Part shown: positions 26,442-40,204 of the stretch, piece after piece | Numbering within the stretch: position 1 is the first letter of the stretch | Layout: every line of letters starts with the position of its first letter | Assembly: GCA_002633005.1 (NCBI GenBank) | Contig: NMRA01000247.1 | Span: 454,958 to 518,957 of the forward strand | Origin: Phoronis australis | Taxonomy: Eukaryota > Animalia > Phoronida | Length of the DNA stretch: 64,000 nucleotides | Direction of reading: 5' to 3' | Program-made: the position numbers and the translations under genes | Notes under the pieces: model-generated | Told to the model about the DNA's origin: nothing | The model's input: only the letters and a program-made list of their open reading frames with translations | Databases searched by the model: none

Positions 26442-26514
26442 CTCTTTTTTGCATGTAAGAAAACAGGTCATCAAGGAACTCTTTACGCTTGGGGTCGTCA
26501 CTGAGCTCATAAAG
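26442..26514 (-). CDS. ARID3: ARID3/dead ringer exon (start of ARID domain), not in the ORF track
   Basis: tttcag|CTT TAT GAG ... AAA AGA G|gtgagt; 73 nt, phase 0 to 1. Translates LYELSDDPKRKEFLDDLFSYMQKR(G). The G joins GT of the 7843 exon to give KRGTPVNRIP. Confidence 0.97.
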
Positions 26515-29500
26515 CTGAAATGAATTCAGAAAATGTCTTCAAAATCAGTATACGAATATTTAGTGTTCACTCAAGGCTGCGTTTTTGCGTCATTTGACGC
26601 AATAAAGTTAGAGAACATGCGTTGTATAAAACCGATGAAAAACAAATTTTAAAGTTTGGTGCACTTTTTCGCTACCTGTGTGACAATGAAATGGACTCCA
26701 TGCACTTTTGGAATGTGGACTCCAATGTTTGAAAGTGAAAGATTAACACTGTATATAATGTGTCACAAGCTTGAAACTTAAATGTGAACCAAGTACACAC
26801 AGTACGGATTCTTGAGGAAAATAAGCATAAAATAATTTCCAAAACTACAAAATTTTATTCTATCAAAAGAAAATTTAAAGACATTTAACTGGTAGATCGT
26901 ATTAAGTGGCACTCATTATTTTAAAATTTGCCTATAGAGGGAATGAAAATCCTAACTGACAGATTACATAAATTCACCTGAACAATGGCAAGTTTCCTCT
27001 CAAATGCGGATCTGCACCATATCTTGGTACGACTAAAAATTGGCAGCTTCCTGTCATTTTAGGGTTATTAGGAAGTTGTCCTATGCTTCGAAAATTGTGG
27101 TCGCCTAACTCGCAACACTCAAGTTCAATTAGTGCCATAACAAAGAGATGAGCTCAAAAACGTAAACTGTCATCAAGAAGAAAAGCAATTTCAGAATTAG
27201 TTTGTAAATCAGCAGTTATACCGCCTAATCCTTGGCTGATAGGAACATTCTGCTAAATTTCACAGAGAACCATCAAAGAACTTGAAGTAAATGCAAAACA
27301 ATAGCCAAAAGGGGGCGCAAAAGTAGTTGGATCAATTTGAAAACTGATCTCCATGAAATTTCTTATTCATTAACTTAACAACTTTCAATGCCATTTTCAA
27401 GGGATTTGGCAGAAAATCAAGAAAAAAATTAAACAAAAACTTAAACTAAGTAGCAAAAGTGTGAGTTATGAGGAAATAAATAAAATGCAAAGAATAAATA
27501 GACCATGGGATGTCTATCGTGTTTCAGATGAAATTGGGGTATTTTGACACAAAGATGCATTTACAGCGGATGTGTTGCCACAATTGCAGATTTCTGCAAG
27601 GATTAAGCAAGAAAATATCACTTAAGAATATTATGTAAATGTAACATTTTTTTTTCCCCAGATGGCATTGCCATCTAAAATCCCTCATGGTGGTCACTCG
27701 GATATCTCCATATCACATTTCAAAGTGAAACATATACTCTAAAACACTGTCACAGTGTATGAGAAATATTCAGTTGTCCATGGAGCATACTAGTACCTTA
27801 TGTAATTGCTGACATTGTTTACTTCTGTACCAACAGATTCTCTGCAGGGGGAGGGGGGAATTTAACTGCACAGGGTGCTTTATCCGAACCCGCACCACTG
27901 CAGATAAGGGATGCGTTCGTTCGTTTACTGGACCTGGATGCCAAAATGGAAAATTGCAAAAAAATCCATGGAAGGCACTTAGCCACACATGGGCACTTAA
28001 GTTGCTTAAAAATGGCACTTAAGATATTTTCTGTTCTGTATCAGGCTCATACTGTACATGCTCCAAAAATAGTTGGTCCTCTCTTAAATCAAGCACACAG
28101 CTCTGTGTCCACTAGGGTACCTCTGAAAAATCCAGTCAGCCCAAACCCATCACCAATTGCAGTCTATTGGACAAAGTTTAACCTATCTCTGCAAATGCTC
28201 AAGGCACTTATGGTGAGGTAATTCGCATCAGGTTAGTTTACAACAAGAAGAGAGATGAAGGCTGTGCCTAGACGCCAAGGCAACACACTGTAGGAGTTGT
28301 GTTCTTCATTAGTTGGCCAAATTAGACACACATTGACGTGAAGTGTTTATTACATCAATTGAAATCAAATAAATTGAGATCACAAATAAATACAAATCAA
28401 GATTCTAATGACATAATGAAAAAAACATTCACTGCCTGCAATCGGGGCATACCCCAGGACAGAGATGTTGATACAGCCCAGATGTAGGGTAGTGCTATGT
28501 TGAATTAGAGCATTGCTAAGATCTTTGTACAAGTCTAGTCAATTGACACATTTCAGATTAGGCCGGTTGCTACTTAATTCGCTAATGAAAAGATGATGGC
28601 CACTGCATGAGGATATTTATAGTTATTTTACAACAGAAAAAGACTAGAGCAGTCTAAAAGCTGTGTATTTTACCAACACTTAGATAAATAGCATCAGCTT
28701 TTTTGACTTTTTATTTGAAGTTTTAAGGTTAATTTTCTTTAAAACTTCATGAAACAAATCATATGGCAAACCAGTTTCTGGCTATTGTTACAATATTATC
28801 CAACCCTACGACTACCGCACTTTCTAACTTTTAAATTTCACGTTTTTTCACCAGACACCGGTGAATAGCTAAATAAAGTAATTCGAAGTTGTAACTGCAA
28901 AACAGGGAAACACAAAGCATTTTCATTATTTGTTTCCAAAGAGCTACAAGTCATCACCTTAAAAAGTGAACTAACAACCTAAGATAAATTGTTAATAGAA
29001 ACACAAACAAAATATTGCAGTTACCATGTTACCATAAGCATAGTGTAAAACTGTGTCAAGTGAATTAAACATTATATAAACACTTTTGTTTATCAACCTC
29101 CATTACTAATGTAAATAGTTATATCTCACATTCTTGTGTCTCCAACTTGTTTATTAATGTCAATAATTTTGATACATACGATAGATCACAGCAGGAACCC
29201 ATCACCCTGCAGACAATCACATGATAATGGAGATAAACTTGGGAAAACAACCAGGGACTTCTTGAAATATGCTGACAAATAAAAACATTAAAGTGCTGAG
29301 TGATGGCCAAATGTTTATACTCACTTGAAATTCTGTAATTGTGGAAACTGCAAGCAAACTTGGGCAGATGGTGGATTCATGATAGTGTTTAAATGGAGAT
29401 GCCATTAATAACAAAACTAAAGCAATGTCTCCTAAGTATGTATGTTACCTGAGACGTTTGGGAAAACATGATAAATGAAACTGAGATGAAAAATAAACAG

Positions 29501-30007
29501 TGGGTGAATATGCTTATAAATACACAACACTGTACCTAAACCATAAAATAAAGAAAAAACAAGTTGAAACTATTTCTGATAAAATGATTACAAGTGGCAT
29601 TAGTGGTTGATGGGGTTCAGGTGAGGGCTCATGGGGGCTAATTGCTTATAATGATGACTATTGGGTGACAATCAGTAGTGCCAAGCCACAGGACTTAGAG
29701 AAAGTCTTCAAAAGGAAGACTATCACTCTTCCTTTGGGAGATCAAGGCAAATTTTGTTTTTGATAAGGTGCAGAAGTCAGGCACCTACGTACATTGCAAT
29801 AATAGGCAAGAGCAGTTAAAATCTTTTGACATGGGCCTTCCTGGATACAAACCTAGCTACAGTTTGGTCACCGACTATGGAACTTGCACTGCAGATTTGG
29901 TGCTTGCTGGTCCAGACTGGGTTTTAGAGCATTGTGCAGTAATGTTTCCACTCTCTGATGCAACAATGAGCAATGATCAAGCACAGCTAAATATGGATTC
30001 AGGATCA

Positions 30008-30021
30008 CCACTAGAGGGAGC
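30008..30021 (+). promoter_or_regulatory. Candidate CTCF site
   Basis: CCACTAGAGGGAGC, one mismatch from the CTCF core CCACTAGAGGGCGC. Confidence 0.4.
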
Positions 30022-30102
30022 AAGAGTATTTACAATACTTGGACTTTAGGATATAGACGAGAGATGACCCGAAATTTAGGTGAGAAAGAATTTCTCTTTT
30101 AA

Positions 30103-30545
30103 GGTTATGTAGGACCTACAGAAAACCTCCAAATTTGGCTGATTTCAATTCATCATACAGCTCTTCACAAACAATGTTAGGAATTGTTTTCACAATGTTC
30201 CTTTTTGCATGAGGAGCTTTGAAAATGAGACTTACGGTATGTGATTTTCAGGAAAAAATTTAAGTCGCAAAAAACAAAAACAAATGATGAATTAGAACAC
30301 TGAAACAGAATTTATGAGACATTATCGAGAACATTTATATCACAAAAAATTTGGTTTTGTAATTGATACTGTTGTTTTGCTTTCAAGTTGCCTTCCTTTT
30401 ATGCTAAATAGACACGGTCATGTGACCTAGTGAACGACAGGTTGGCTAAAAATAAAAAAAACAATTCTACGAGCTTTCTAATTTCCGAAAACACATTCCT
30501 TATTTTGTTAAAACCTACATATTTGTAAATATTTGGCCATATACA
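30103..30545 (+). mobile_element. TTAA-bounded MITE family, copy 1 (Kolobok-like)
   Basis: ttaa|ggttatgtaggacc start; internal blocks (catgaggagct, ttgatactgttgttttg, ggtcatgtgacc) shared with the other copies. Confidence 0.7.
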
Positions 30546-31476
30546 CAGACTAGTTGACACGGTTTTTCACAACAATAAAATGAATGCTCCCAAAGGGGTT
30601 CTATCTGCAGTCTTGAGTAATTGACATAACGTTAACGTTCTACCCCCTCTGATGACGGCACCCACATCTGTACATGTTGTGGGCGCATAAAAATGAAAAA
30701 CTTGAAACCTGATCTCAGAAGGAGCAAAACCAAATTCCACTGAAGTTTTATAACTGCAGGCAGAATTTGGTCTATCTCTGGTTCCACTTTTCTTGATAAC
30801 AAGCTGTTGGACAGTTTGATTAAAATATCTGGTATCAATTTAGGGTTTATTTCAGTGGGATAGGATCTGCCTTAATAATCACGCTCATACCAGTGGTTGT
30901 GACCAAGTTATGACGCAGAATTGAATATTGGCAGAGTTTGGGGTGGGGGGGGTTTACCCTGTCTTGAGTCAACACCTTGAAATAACTATGGAAGTGAACA
31001 TAAAGACTACCTGATAACTGAATACCATTTCATAATGACTAATAATCAAAGTAACAATTTGATAAGACTTGGTACTTGTGGGAAAAGATCAGTTCTGAGC
31101 AGACGATGTGTCAGAAGGCGCTAGTGACTAATTTTTACTGAAAATAATGTATGTACGTAAAGAAACAAGTTTTGTCGTTCAGAAAGCCTAGTTGCTGTGT
31201 CAAAGTGTGTGCAGATGGCAATTGATCCCCTAGGGTCTGTTTCATGTGTGACTTCAGACTTAGAATTTTTTTCCTATGCTCCCACTTTTCAATTGTTGAA
31301 AAAATGTTTAGTCAAGTAGTTACCAGTGCATCACAGTCTAGAAATAGTTTATAAAAATTTTCTCAATATCTCGCAGTTATGTGTTTGTTTTAAGAGACTT
31401 TGAATTTTTGCTCAAGTGAGATTTAATCATTTTTCTGAAATATTTGTGTGGTGTGTAAGACCAAATTTTTGAATTG

Positions 31477-31940
31477 GGTAATGTAGGATCCCCAGAAAAA
31501 TGTTGAACTTTGGCTAACTTCAGAACATATCTCAGAAATGGGTGAATGAATTGTATGAAACTCCTAAATACAATGCCTTACACAGTGTTCTCCAAAACGC
31601 CTTAGGAATTGTTTTCGTAGTGTTCCACTTTTTCATGAGGGGTTATCAAAAATAAGGCATTTATGACATTCACGAAAAACTCTTTAAGTTGTATAAGATA
31701 GAAATGAAATCATATTTTAGAAAAGCATAAGTGTTTTGCGATCTCATCTTGAACAAGATTTGGTCATTTTGTTGATACTAAAAAGACATGGTCACATGGC
31801 CCAATTAATGGCAGACTGGTAAAAAAAAAACAGAAATCAAATTATACAATTTTTCTACTTTCAGAAAATACATACAGTTACTGACTTAAAATCCATAGTT
31901 CTGTAGATGTTGGACTTGCCAATCAGGTCCTACATAAACC
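31477..31940 (+). mobile_element. TTAA-bounded MITE family, copy 2
   Basis: ggtaatgtaggatcc ... ggtcctacataaacc|ttag termini; internal similarity to copies 1 and 3. Confidence 0.72.
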
Positions 31941-34900
31941 TTAGAAGCCTTAGACTTGACAGTCATTGAAACAGATCCACAGAACAGCTGGAGGCTTTAG
32001 CATGCTTATCTGGCCCAAATGCGGGTGATCACCTTGAATTATAACAATGGAGTTCTGCAGCACAGCCTTACACTGTCCTTTTCAGGAAGTCTTTGCACTC
32101 CATTGGAAACAATAATTGTTATTATAAAAGTATGGTCAATGAGCCTAAACAAATCCATGGGTCTACATATCAGAGGGATATCAGAAATTCTCAGTAAGGG
32201 TTGCTCTGTTTTCAGGCTATGTTTAGCTTCATTGGCAAGTCTGTAGATTTAGTCAATTATCTACAAAACTATAGAATCCAACCCAATGAAACTATTCTAA
32301 ATATTTTCTTAACAATACAAGCCTGCAGAATTTGACTTTTGTCTTTATACCAGCCTGTCATTAACTGGGTCTCATGACCCAAACTACTCCCATCCAGTAT
32401 TACCAAAAATAGAGGTATCAATAACAGGACCAAACTGATGACAATATACCTGAAAAAAGTTCAACTAAAGCAACAACACAAGGTAGCAACAGGATAACAA
32501 TAACATTGTAACTGTCTAACACAGTTCAAAAGTACAAGGGAAGTTAACGGGTATTAACCCATTCTGCCAACCGATTCGATGATAAATGGTATGTGTGGAG
32601 AATGTGTAAAAATGTGTAAAATCTCGTGAATTTTAGACACAATTTGGCCATCACCTGAAATTTTATTTTCTTACCTTTTAATAGAAAGTACATAGCACAA
32701 AAGTAATGTTTTGCCATATTCAAGTTTTGTAGGATTTCTACAATCACACAAAATTTCGAAAAAGTCTGGGCACTTGCATAAATGTACTACAACAATGGAA
32801 AACAAGAAAATGGCGTTTTTTGCAATTATTTTTGTCTGAAATTGGTGACCTTTTACTGTATTGCTTTCATGAGATTGGCTATTAAAAAATAACCCTATTA
32901 ATATAATTTCTCCACCCATATTAAATGGGCAAGGTGATGCTGTCCCTAATGAAAATGACCTCAGCCAGTTTCAGGGTTGGGTTAAACAAACTAATCTACT
33001 GAACAACTGATACTGTGTCACACCCTCCAAAGCATTATTCTACAACACTAAGGAGATAGATGGTGTTGTGCCCTGGAGCGATCGTAAATGGTATTTTGCT
33101 TGCAAAGTCAAACAGAACCAGTATGACCACAAAACTTTACTTGAGACATGACTTGAAAATTGAGCTATCGCATCACATATTTCGAGAAAACTTTGAAATT
33201 TCACACAATGTAATCGGTCAACTTCCAAGATGGTCTCGAATAAAGTTTTGGCAATGGGTCCAGGTTCAGACCCCAGTTGCATACAACACCTAGTGTCGAT
33301 GAACGGAGTCAAGATGGCAGTTCGTCATCGAAAGGCTCTCTATTGTATCCTTTGATTTTAGCTGTGAGTATAGTTTGAACCTTGTTCCTATGTCGTTACC
33401 ATTGTAACTTAGCTTTCATACTTGTAACAATTACTATATTTTAAACCAGCCTTAGAAAAATCAACATTTTGGTAACTATTTCTGTGAAATAATAGACAAG
33501 AATCACCATGACAACGTTAGCATCACATTATTAATCATACCATTGTTACTGATGGTGTCATGCAATCGATAAAAGTCTGACTCCAAAAATAGGCATGGTG
33601 TTTGTAATATGAATTATCTTTTCATTCTGGGTACAATGTGAGTTTCATATTTTTTAGTTTCCAGTGTTTGTGACCAAATAAATTTTTGAGTACAGGATGG
33701 ATAGTTACAGGAAAGCACGTTGTTGAAAATGTAACAAATTCATGCTTACTTGTAAGTAGGATGTAACCTTCTTTCACTCACCATCATCAGAAAGCACTAC
33801 AAATCTTTTCCATAATTAGTCAATTTTGAAGATAAGAAACCAAAGTCTAGACACTTAAAGAAGTACAAACTTTATAACTGAGCCCAACAAGATAGATAAT
33901 GAAGCTCTCATTCATAAAAGTGTTCAACCAACTAGATCATTAATCCACTTTAGGCAATGACATTCACCGGTTAAAAATTTCTTTTTGTTGGAAACAAGCC
34001 TGCTGTGTATAAGGTTGCTTTAACACATTCCAATTTCACTGCTGAAAATGACCTTTCTTTTAGAAATCTGCTTAAAACTCTATTTTTGCAAATAATTCGC
34101 CTGAATCTCAAGTTACACCAAAGTGTGGGTGACTACATCACTGACTACAGGGCATGAGCCTTTTCTGGCAACATTATTTTATTAAATTTACTGATTAATG
34201 AAACCCAACCCATCCCAGGTCGAACAAACACCCCTGTCTTATTCAATTATTGAAATCACAGTCGACAACCTGCTAGGACAAAAACAAAACACTTTTTGAA
34301 GACTGTAACTGTCAAATCATATTGCCGACAAGATTAACACAATTGCGCCCAATCACAGGAATCGTGGGTATTAACAGTATTTCTCCGCAAACTGTCAAGT
34401 TCAATTTGACTTATAAAATTCCATAGCAGCCCATATCACCTCTGCAAGAGAACACAGGGCACATTAGTCTAGACATAAGGTACTTTAGATTAATTCACTA
34501 GTTGGTCTTTAATCAAGAGTCACAGCCTGCCTGCCATGATGCCAACTGCACCATGGGACAAACAGCACATGAGAAAACGAAAAACCATGTGAATTTAGCA
34601 AAAATATCAACTCAGAATCATCTCCCAATGGGGAAAATGCAACAAATTCTCACTGTTGTCATCAAAATGACCATTATTCCTTGCATAAGCAATTTCATAC
34701 CTTAAGGCATTCACTTCATGATCAACTGTATGTGACGGACAATTCTCAGTATCTGCACAACCCAAAATTGTGAATACTTTGTAGTGCCAATCACAAACAG
34801 CAGTTGAATTAGAGTTAGAAGTTGAGCAAGTTAAAAATAATCATAAAAATGTAACGAAAAAATCATTCTTGAAAAAGCGGTTCTTCAGAGGTCAGGCTAA

Positions 34901-37900
34901 GTATGTATGTATAAGTTAGATCCGTTTATCTGTAGACAATGGACATTACCATTCGTTCATGTGAAGTACTTGATCCAAAATTTACACCAAAATACTTCTC
35001 GAAACTCACAGTGGGAGAAATATCTCAGTGAGTTTCCAGAAATGTTTTGATGTATAACTTACGCTTCATTGATTATATCAGTGCATGGTTGCATTGTGCA
35101 ATTCTATTTGGATATCTCATGAAACTAGCGTCACAAAAAGGCAGTGAAAAGCGAAGCATTCTTGTATTAGCTTTAACAATGCAATCAGAGGGCTACTTGT
35201 ATATCAATTTGCGTACACATAACTTTTTATGAAAAAACCTTTAATTAAGTACAGTCGAGAGACACTAGTCATTGCAAGAGGCTGCAACAGCAATACCACT
35301 GCCGCAAGAGTTGCGAAGATTTGATAAAATCTGGCATCGCCTCATGAAACTTCATGCAGAGATGTCTAAAGTGGTTAGCATTTTTGTGGAAGCATTTAAT
35401 TTTTTATGTGCGCACATTAACACAAATAAATCTGATCCCAGTATGCCCAATGGGGGCACAGTTTGATGAAGCGGACAGAAAGGAGAAATTAGCTGTTATT
35501 TTAGCCACTGCACCTGTTTGGTCATGTATTTGGTCGGGCTTGATTTCTCGCGGCCATAAAAATAATCTCTTCCGAGTTCAATATAGGAACTTTTTTACAC
35601 TTGAACTTTGTCCATGGAGCTTTATTTAAGTAAATACACACAGAGGTTTTGATAGTAGGTTCACTAACACATGACCTAAAATATTTCAGAAAAAGGAAAG
35701 TAGTTTGTATTTCTGAAAATTTTTATTTTACATGCGATTTTCTCTGTGGTTGACATCTTTTCTTATATGAAACAAAATGCTCGTTTTTGATTGCATCTTT
35801 GTTTACAATATCTTGATTTTTACAATAAACATTTAAAAAATATTGATGTACCTAAAATAATTACTATAGCCACTGTTCTTTACAAGACCATAGAACAAAT
35901 ACATCATGTGTAGATATTCAGAATAAGAAATTAAATTGTGAATATGCAAATGAAGTACCTGTTTACAAACAACCCCGGGTCTTGTGCTGCAAACCATTCA
36001 ATGAAACAAGGCACAGATTTTATAATTTGTTTATTTCACAGTCAAATATCGATTGAGTACTATTTGGAATTATTAGGTTTTTTATATGTTAACACTTGTT
36101 TTTAAATGTATCGGTTGTGATGTTTTCTTTAAAACCACAATTTATTTACATATTGTTTCTTTTCCTGATTATACTTGTACACGCAGTTCTCCAGCAAGTT
36201 ACTAGGTAGCGCTTGATACAAATTTGAATATTCACGGTTTTAATGAGACAGCATCTTTAACATGTATAAATTTAAATCACAGAGAAGAGGCCAGGGCTTT
36301 TTATTTTCTTGTGGAAATAAGAATCAACAATTGAGAAATCAGACCCAGAGGTCAATGATTTCTTGGCCATGCAATACTCTGAGGCAATGAAGATGGCTAA
36401 ATCAACTTAACACAAAGTAGCCACAAAAATAAATCTTACACCATTAACTTAGGCCATCACCAGAGAAGATATAAGGGTCATCTGGAAATGGCCATGTGTA
36501 TTGGACTGCCAACTGTATCTGGTATTAGCAACTAATTTTATACAGGTTACATAATCAATTTAAAGGCTGTAATTTTGTAAATAAATTCTCAAGCAACAAC
36601 ATTAACTCATTAGTTTATTAAGTCAGGGAGGATCCAAGAACAGGCGATTTATTGAGTCGGCACAAATAAATTGGTCCGGCTATGACTCTAACATTCCCAT
36701 TTCTTCATCTGGTGATGGTACATTGACCTGTCAGACACAGTGATTACATTTTGGAAGACTGTTGTCTGCATGTGGTTAACAAGTCAACATATAACTCACA
36801 ATCCCAGCTAAATGTCACAAAACATATCTAAGAAATTTGCAAAATATAAACAAATAGCAATTCCACCACTGGTAAAGATATGTGATAATAGTAAAAGAAC
36901 AGTGAAAGCCTTGATAGCACGATTTATTGTTTGCCATTGCATTTTCAATGAAATTCTTTTATGTTAACCTTATTGTAAAAGCTACTGACAGGATGACAAG
37001 TCAAAAACGTGGCAATGCTGTATTCAATAAAATGAATATTTCATATGTTAGAGAGTTATAATTCATAAACAATGACATCTCCATACCAGGTACCAGTTTA
37101 AATTTTGAAATGGCAAAATTAAGAGGATAAATGTTTAAACTGATCAGATGATATGTGTCTATAAGTATTTGTAATACAAACATTTTTTGCGTAGGCCGCT
37201 TACGTCGGCCCATAGCACTGATCACCTAGAATCATTTTATCCTTTATTAATATATAGCTAAAACCAAAGACAAAGATTCAAACAAAATTTAAAAGATGAG
37301 ACACCCCAGTACAGTATGATGAAGGAATTCAGATTATAGCTACAGCTACCCTCTTCCTAGTCAGATAGTCAAGAACAGTGGGAGAGCTAAATTTTGTAGA
37401 AAATTTGATGAAAATGTTTATCACGGCTGAATTAAGCATGATCGGAATGTGGAGCTGCATCAGACAGGCTTTGTCTCATGACATTATCTTGCATGGAATG
37501 GCTATTAATCTAAATAAGGATCTTTTGTTTTTACAGGGATTGTTATAACAGTCAGCAGGCAGTGTGAGCACTCCCTCCTAAAGAGCACTCCATCAGTTAC
37601 AGTTTCTGAGGCCTGTTCCATTTACAAGTTCTAACTTAATGATATTTTTATACACAGAGTGGAACAGTCGTAACTTTAGTCATAAGTCTCCTCCGTTTAG
37701 TCTCCACGTAATAAGACATTGGAAAGCTATGACATTTAGCAAAATACGTTCCTGGTGTAGGCCTGGTCAGCATTCTTTAGACACATAAGTCTTGAGAAAT
37801 AATGCATAAGTTGGTGAGACATCGCCATGCAATACAAGCACAGCACCTGTTTACGATGACTTAGGCAGTAATTTTGTCTTCACAAATGCTGAAAATAGTT

Positions 37901-39169
37901 TAGCCAAATAATTACGAATGCCTCACAGTAAAGAAATAAGTTATAGAAATAGTTCCAGTAATTTCCAGTTTTGTGTTTTTCCATCAGAAACTGCACTTTA
38001 CCTTTAAGTGAGATTTCATTATTTTTCAGAAATACTTCTGTGGAGTGTTAAGACCAAATTATGGAGTCTTCGGTCACTTTTCATGAAACGAGCAGTAACA
38101 AAATAAGTAACTACAAAGATAACTGGACATTTGAAAGGAACATTTTTTGACATCCAATATCTTGTTTCAGTATCTAATGAAAACTGCTAAGTTTATAAAA
38201 ATGTTGAATTAGCTATTACTAAAGCTGATGAATGTGGCAAGTGTTACATCTCAGTAACTCAATGTAACAGTTAGATAAGTTTTCAGAACAGTGCAAATAC
38301 TTGTCAAGCTACAAAATGACCCAGCACAAAAGACCAGTTCTTCCTGGATGTTGTGTAGCCATTTGGTCATGCCTGAATGAAATCATGCCAGCCATTTATC
38401 AAATCTTGGCCACTGTTTGTGTCAACAGACAGCTCAGGAGTCAGAAATGTTCGAGAGAAAATTAAGTAAATATTTGGCATGATTCAGCCCTTGTTGTTTG
38501 GCAAGAAGTCATCAGACTTGGTGATCTTGACTATGATAGGGGGGACAACAATACTCCCAACAATTATAACTTTATTAGTATTTTTCCATTCAAATGTAAC
38601 TAGTGGTACAATTACAATTATAATTAATACTTATAATTATCAATATGTCCTTATGTCCTTATAAAATGACAAGTGAACTGTTGTAAGTGACCTCATGAAC
38701 AAATACACAAGGGTTTTAATTGGTCACATTGTATAAAGAAAAGGGCTTTTGTTAGAATTTTCTGAACTCAGTGTTTGAATCAATGAATCAAAAAGTAGTA
38801 GCAAGTCTGAATACAGTTCTTTACAAATGAAACACCGTTCAAAACTGAGAAATATTTTCGAAGAGCAATGAATCTGGGGTTCTCCATATCAAAACAAATT
38901 TCAAATATAAAGGGCCGTTCCCAAAAGTGAGCCTGGAATTTTCTTTGAAAGACGGTAAAAAAGTCTTGGCAACTGGTTTGCTCAAGGAATCAGGTCATTT
39001 TCTGTGAAGCTAAATTTTTGTATCAATCTTGGATCAAAACCAGATACAGTTGTAACGCGATCCAGATTTAGGTTTAAGTAGACAGTTGCCTCACCGCAAA
39101 ACAAGGCAGTGATACAGAAAACAAGATGTTCCTGCAAATTTAACAAAAAGCTACCGATGTAACAACAAA

Positions 39170-39204
39170 CAGAGATCACATGACTCGACAGAGATCACAT
39201 GACT
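39170..39204. repeat. 19-bp-period duplication
   Basis: cagagatcacatgact x2. Confidence 0.8.
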
Positions 39205-40204
39205 GGGGCTGGAAGCAGAATGTTTAAATGCACACAACCCTCAAGGATGACAGAATTTCTAGGGTTTGAAAAAGACTACCGTAAAATCTCCCCAATTTCA
39301 TACAAAGTGCTTCTTACATACCGGTAGTTGTGAATGTCTACAATTTTTCGAAAACTTTGCTTGATGGTAGTTGTGTTACCAATCTTGAAGATGGAAAATC
39401 ATGAAAACCCGAGACTGATGCCGCTTATTGAGTGGAGAAAACTGGTTCTCAAATTGCGGTGACCTCTGTAGGCTGTAAGAGATCTTAACCAAAAAATGAT
39501 GAAATCAGTTTTACTAGATGAAAAGAAATTTCTCCAAATCTGTTGTTTTGTCATGAAATTTGTTTTTTGTTTGTTTCTTAATTTGCACGCTGCAGGGCGC
39601 ATCAGCTGAAAGTGGAATCGACAAATCATACGTGCCTCATGAATGGCTTGAAGCCTATTGTTTTTGATTAAAATTGGGCGCAAGATGGTGCTGTGGAAGT
39701 CATTTTTCACATTTCTGGTTTGCACAGAGCCGTAGCTCTGCTGTTTGCTGTTTCTAGTGGGGTATTTTCTGATTTTTTTCTGTGGATAGATCATTTCAAA
39801 GGCTATCAGAAATGTTCCATTTGTTTTCCGCTCAGGCTTACATTCTCAAGTCATTCAAGATTTTCCAATGACTGGTCTCCAATTGAGTTTTTGTGCTGTA
39901 TCTTCGGCATCCCTTGATGGATCTCTCTGAGATTTGGTGTTTGAATAGATCTTTTTAAGCGCTTCAGCATTGCAAAACCCGTTTCATGCTACGACTTACT
40001 GTTCTCACAATATTCAAGATTTACAGCCTAGATGACTGTTATTTTATGACTATATATTTCCCTTTCATTTTTCACCCATATTGTGTCTTAAATTGATGAC
40101 GTTTTGCTATAGGATTATTTACTCCTCAGAAACAATCAGACCATGCCTTTATTTCTTATCACATTAAGACAAGAACTAGATCAAGGAACTGTTGTTTTCA
40201 AATA

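Noticed and set aside
36752-36760. TGGAAGACT, the 5' end of miR-7
   Set aside because: Only 9 nt match and no flanking hairpin was seen
37130-37155. Minus-strand DQFKH as the missing EEQFKQ exon end
   Set aside because: No donor site and no upstream W-x-[FY]-EE match
39399-39917. 131-aa and 74-aa ORFs
   Set aside because: Lie in repeat-like sequence; no transposase or other motif recognised
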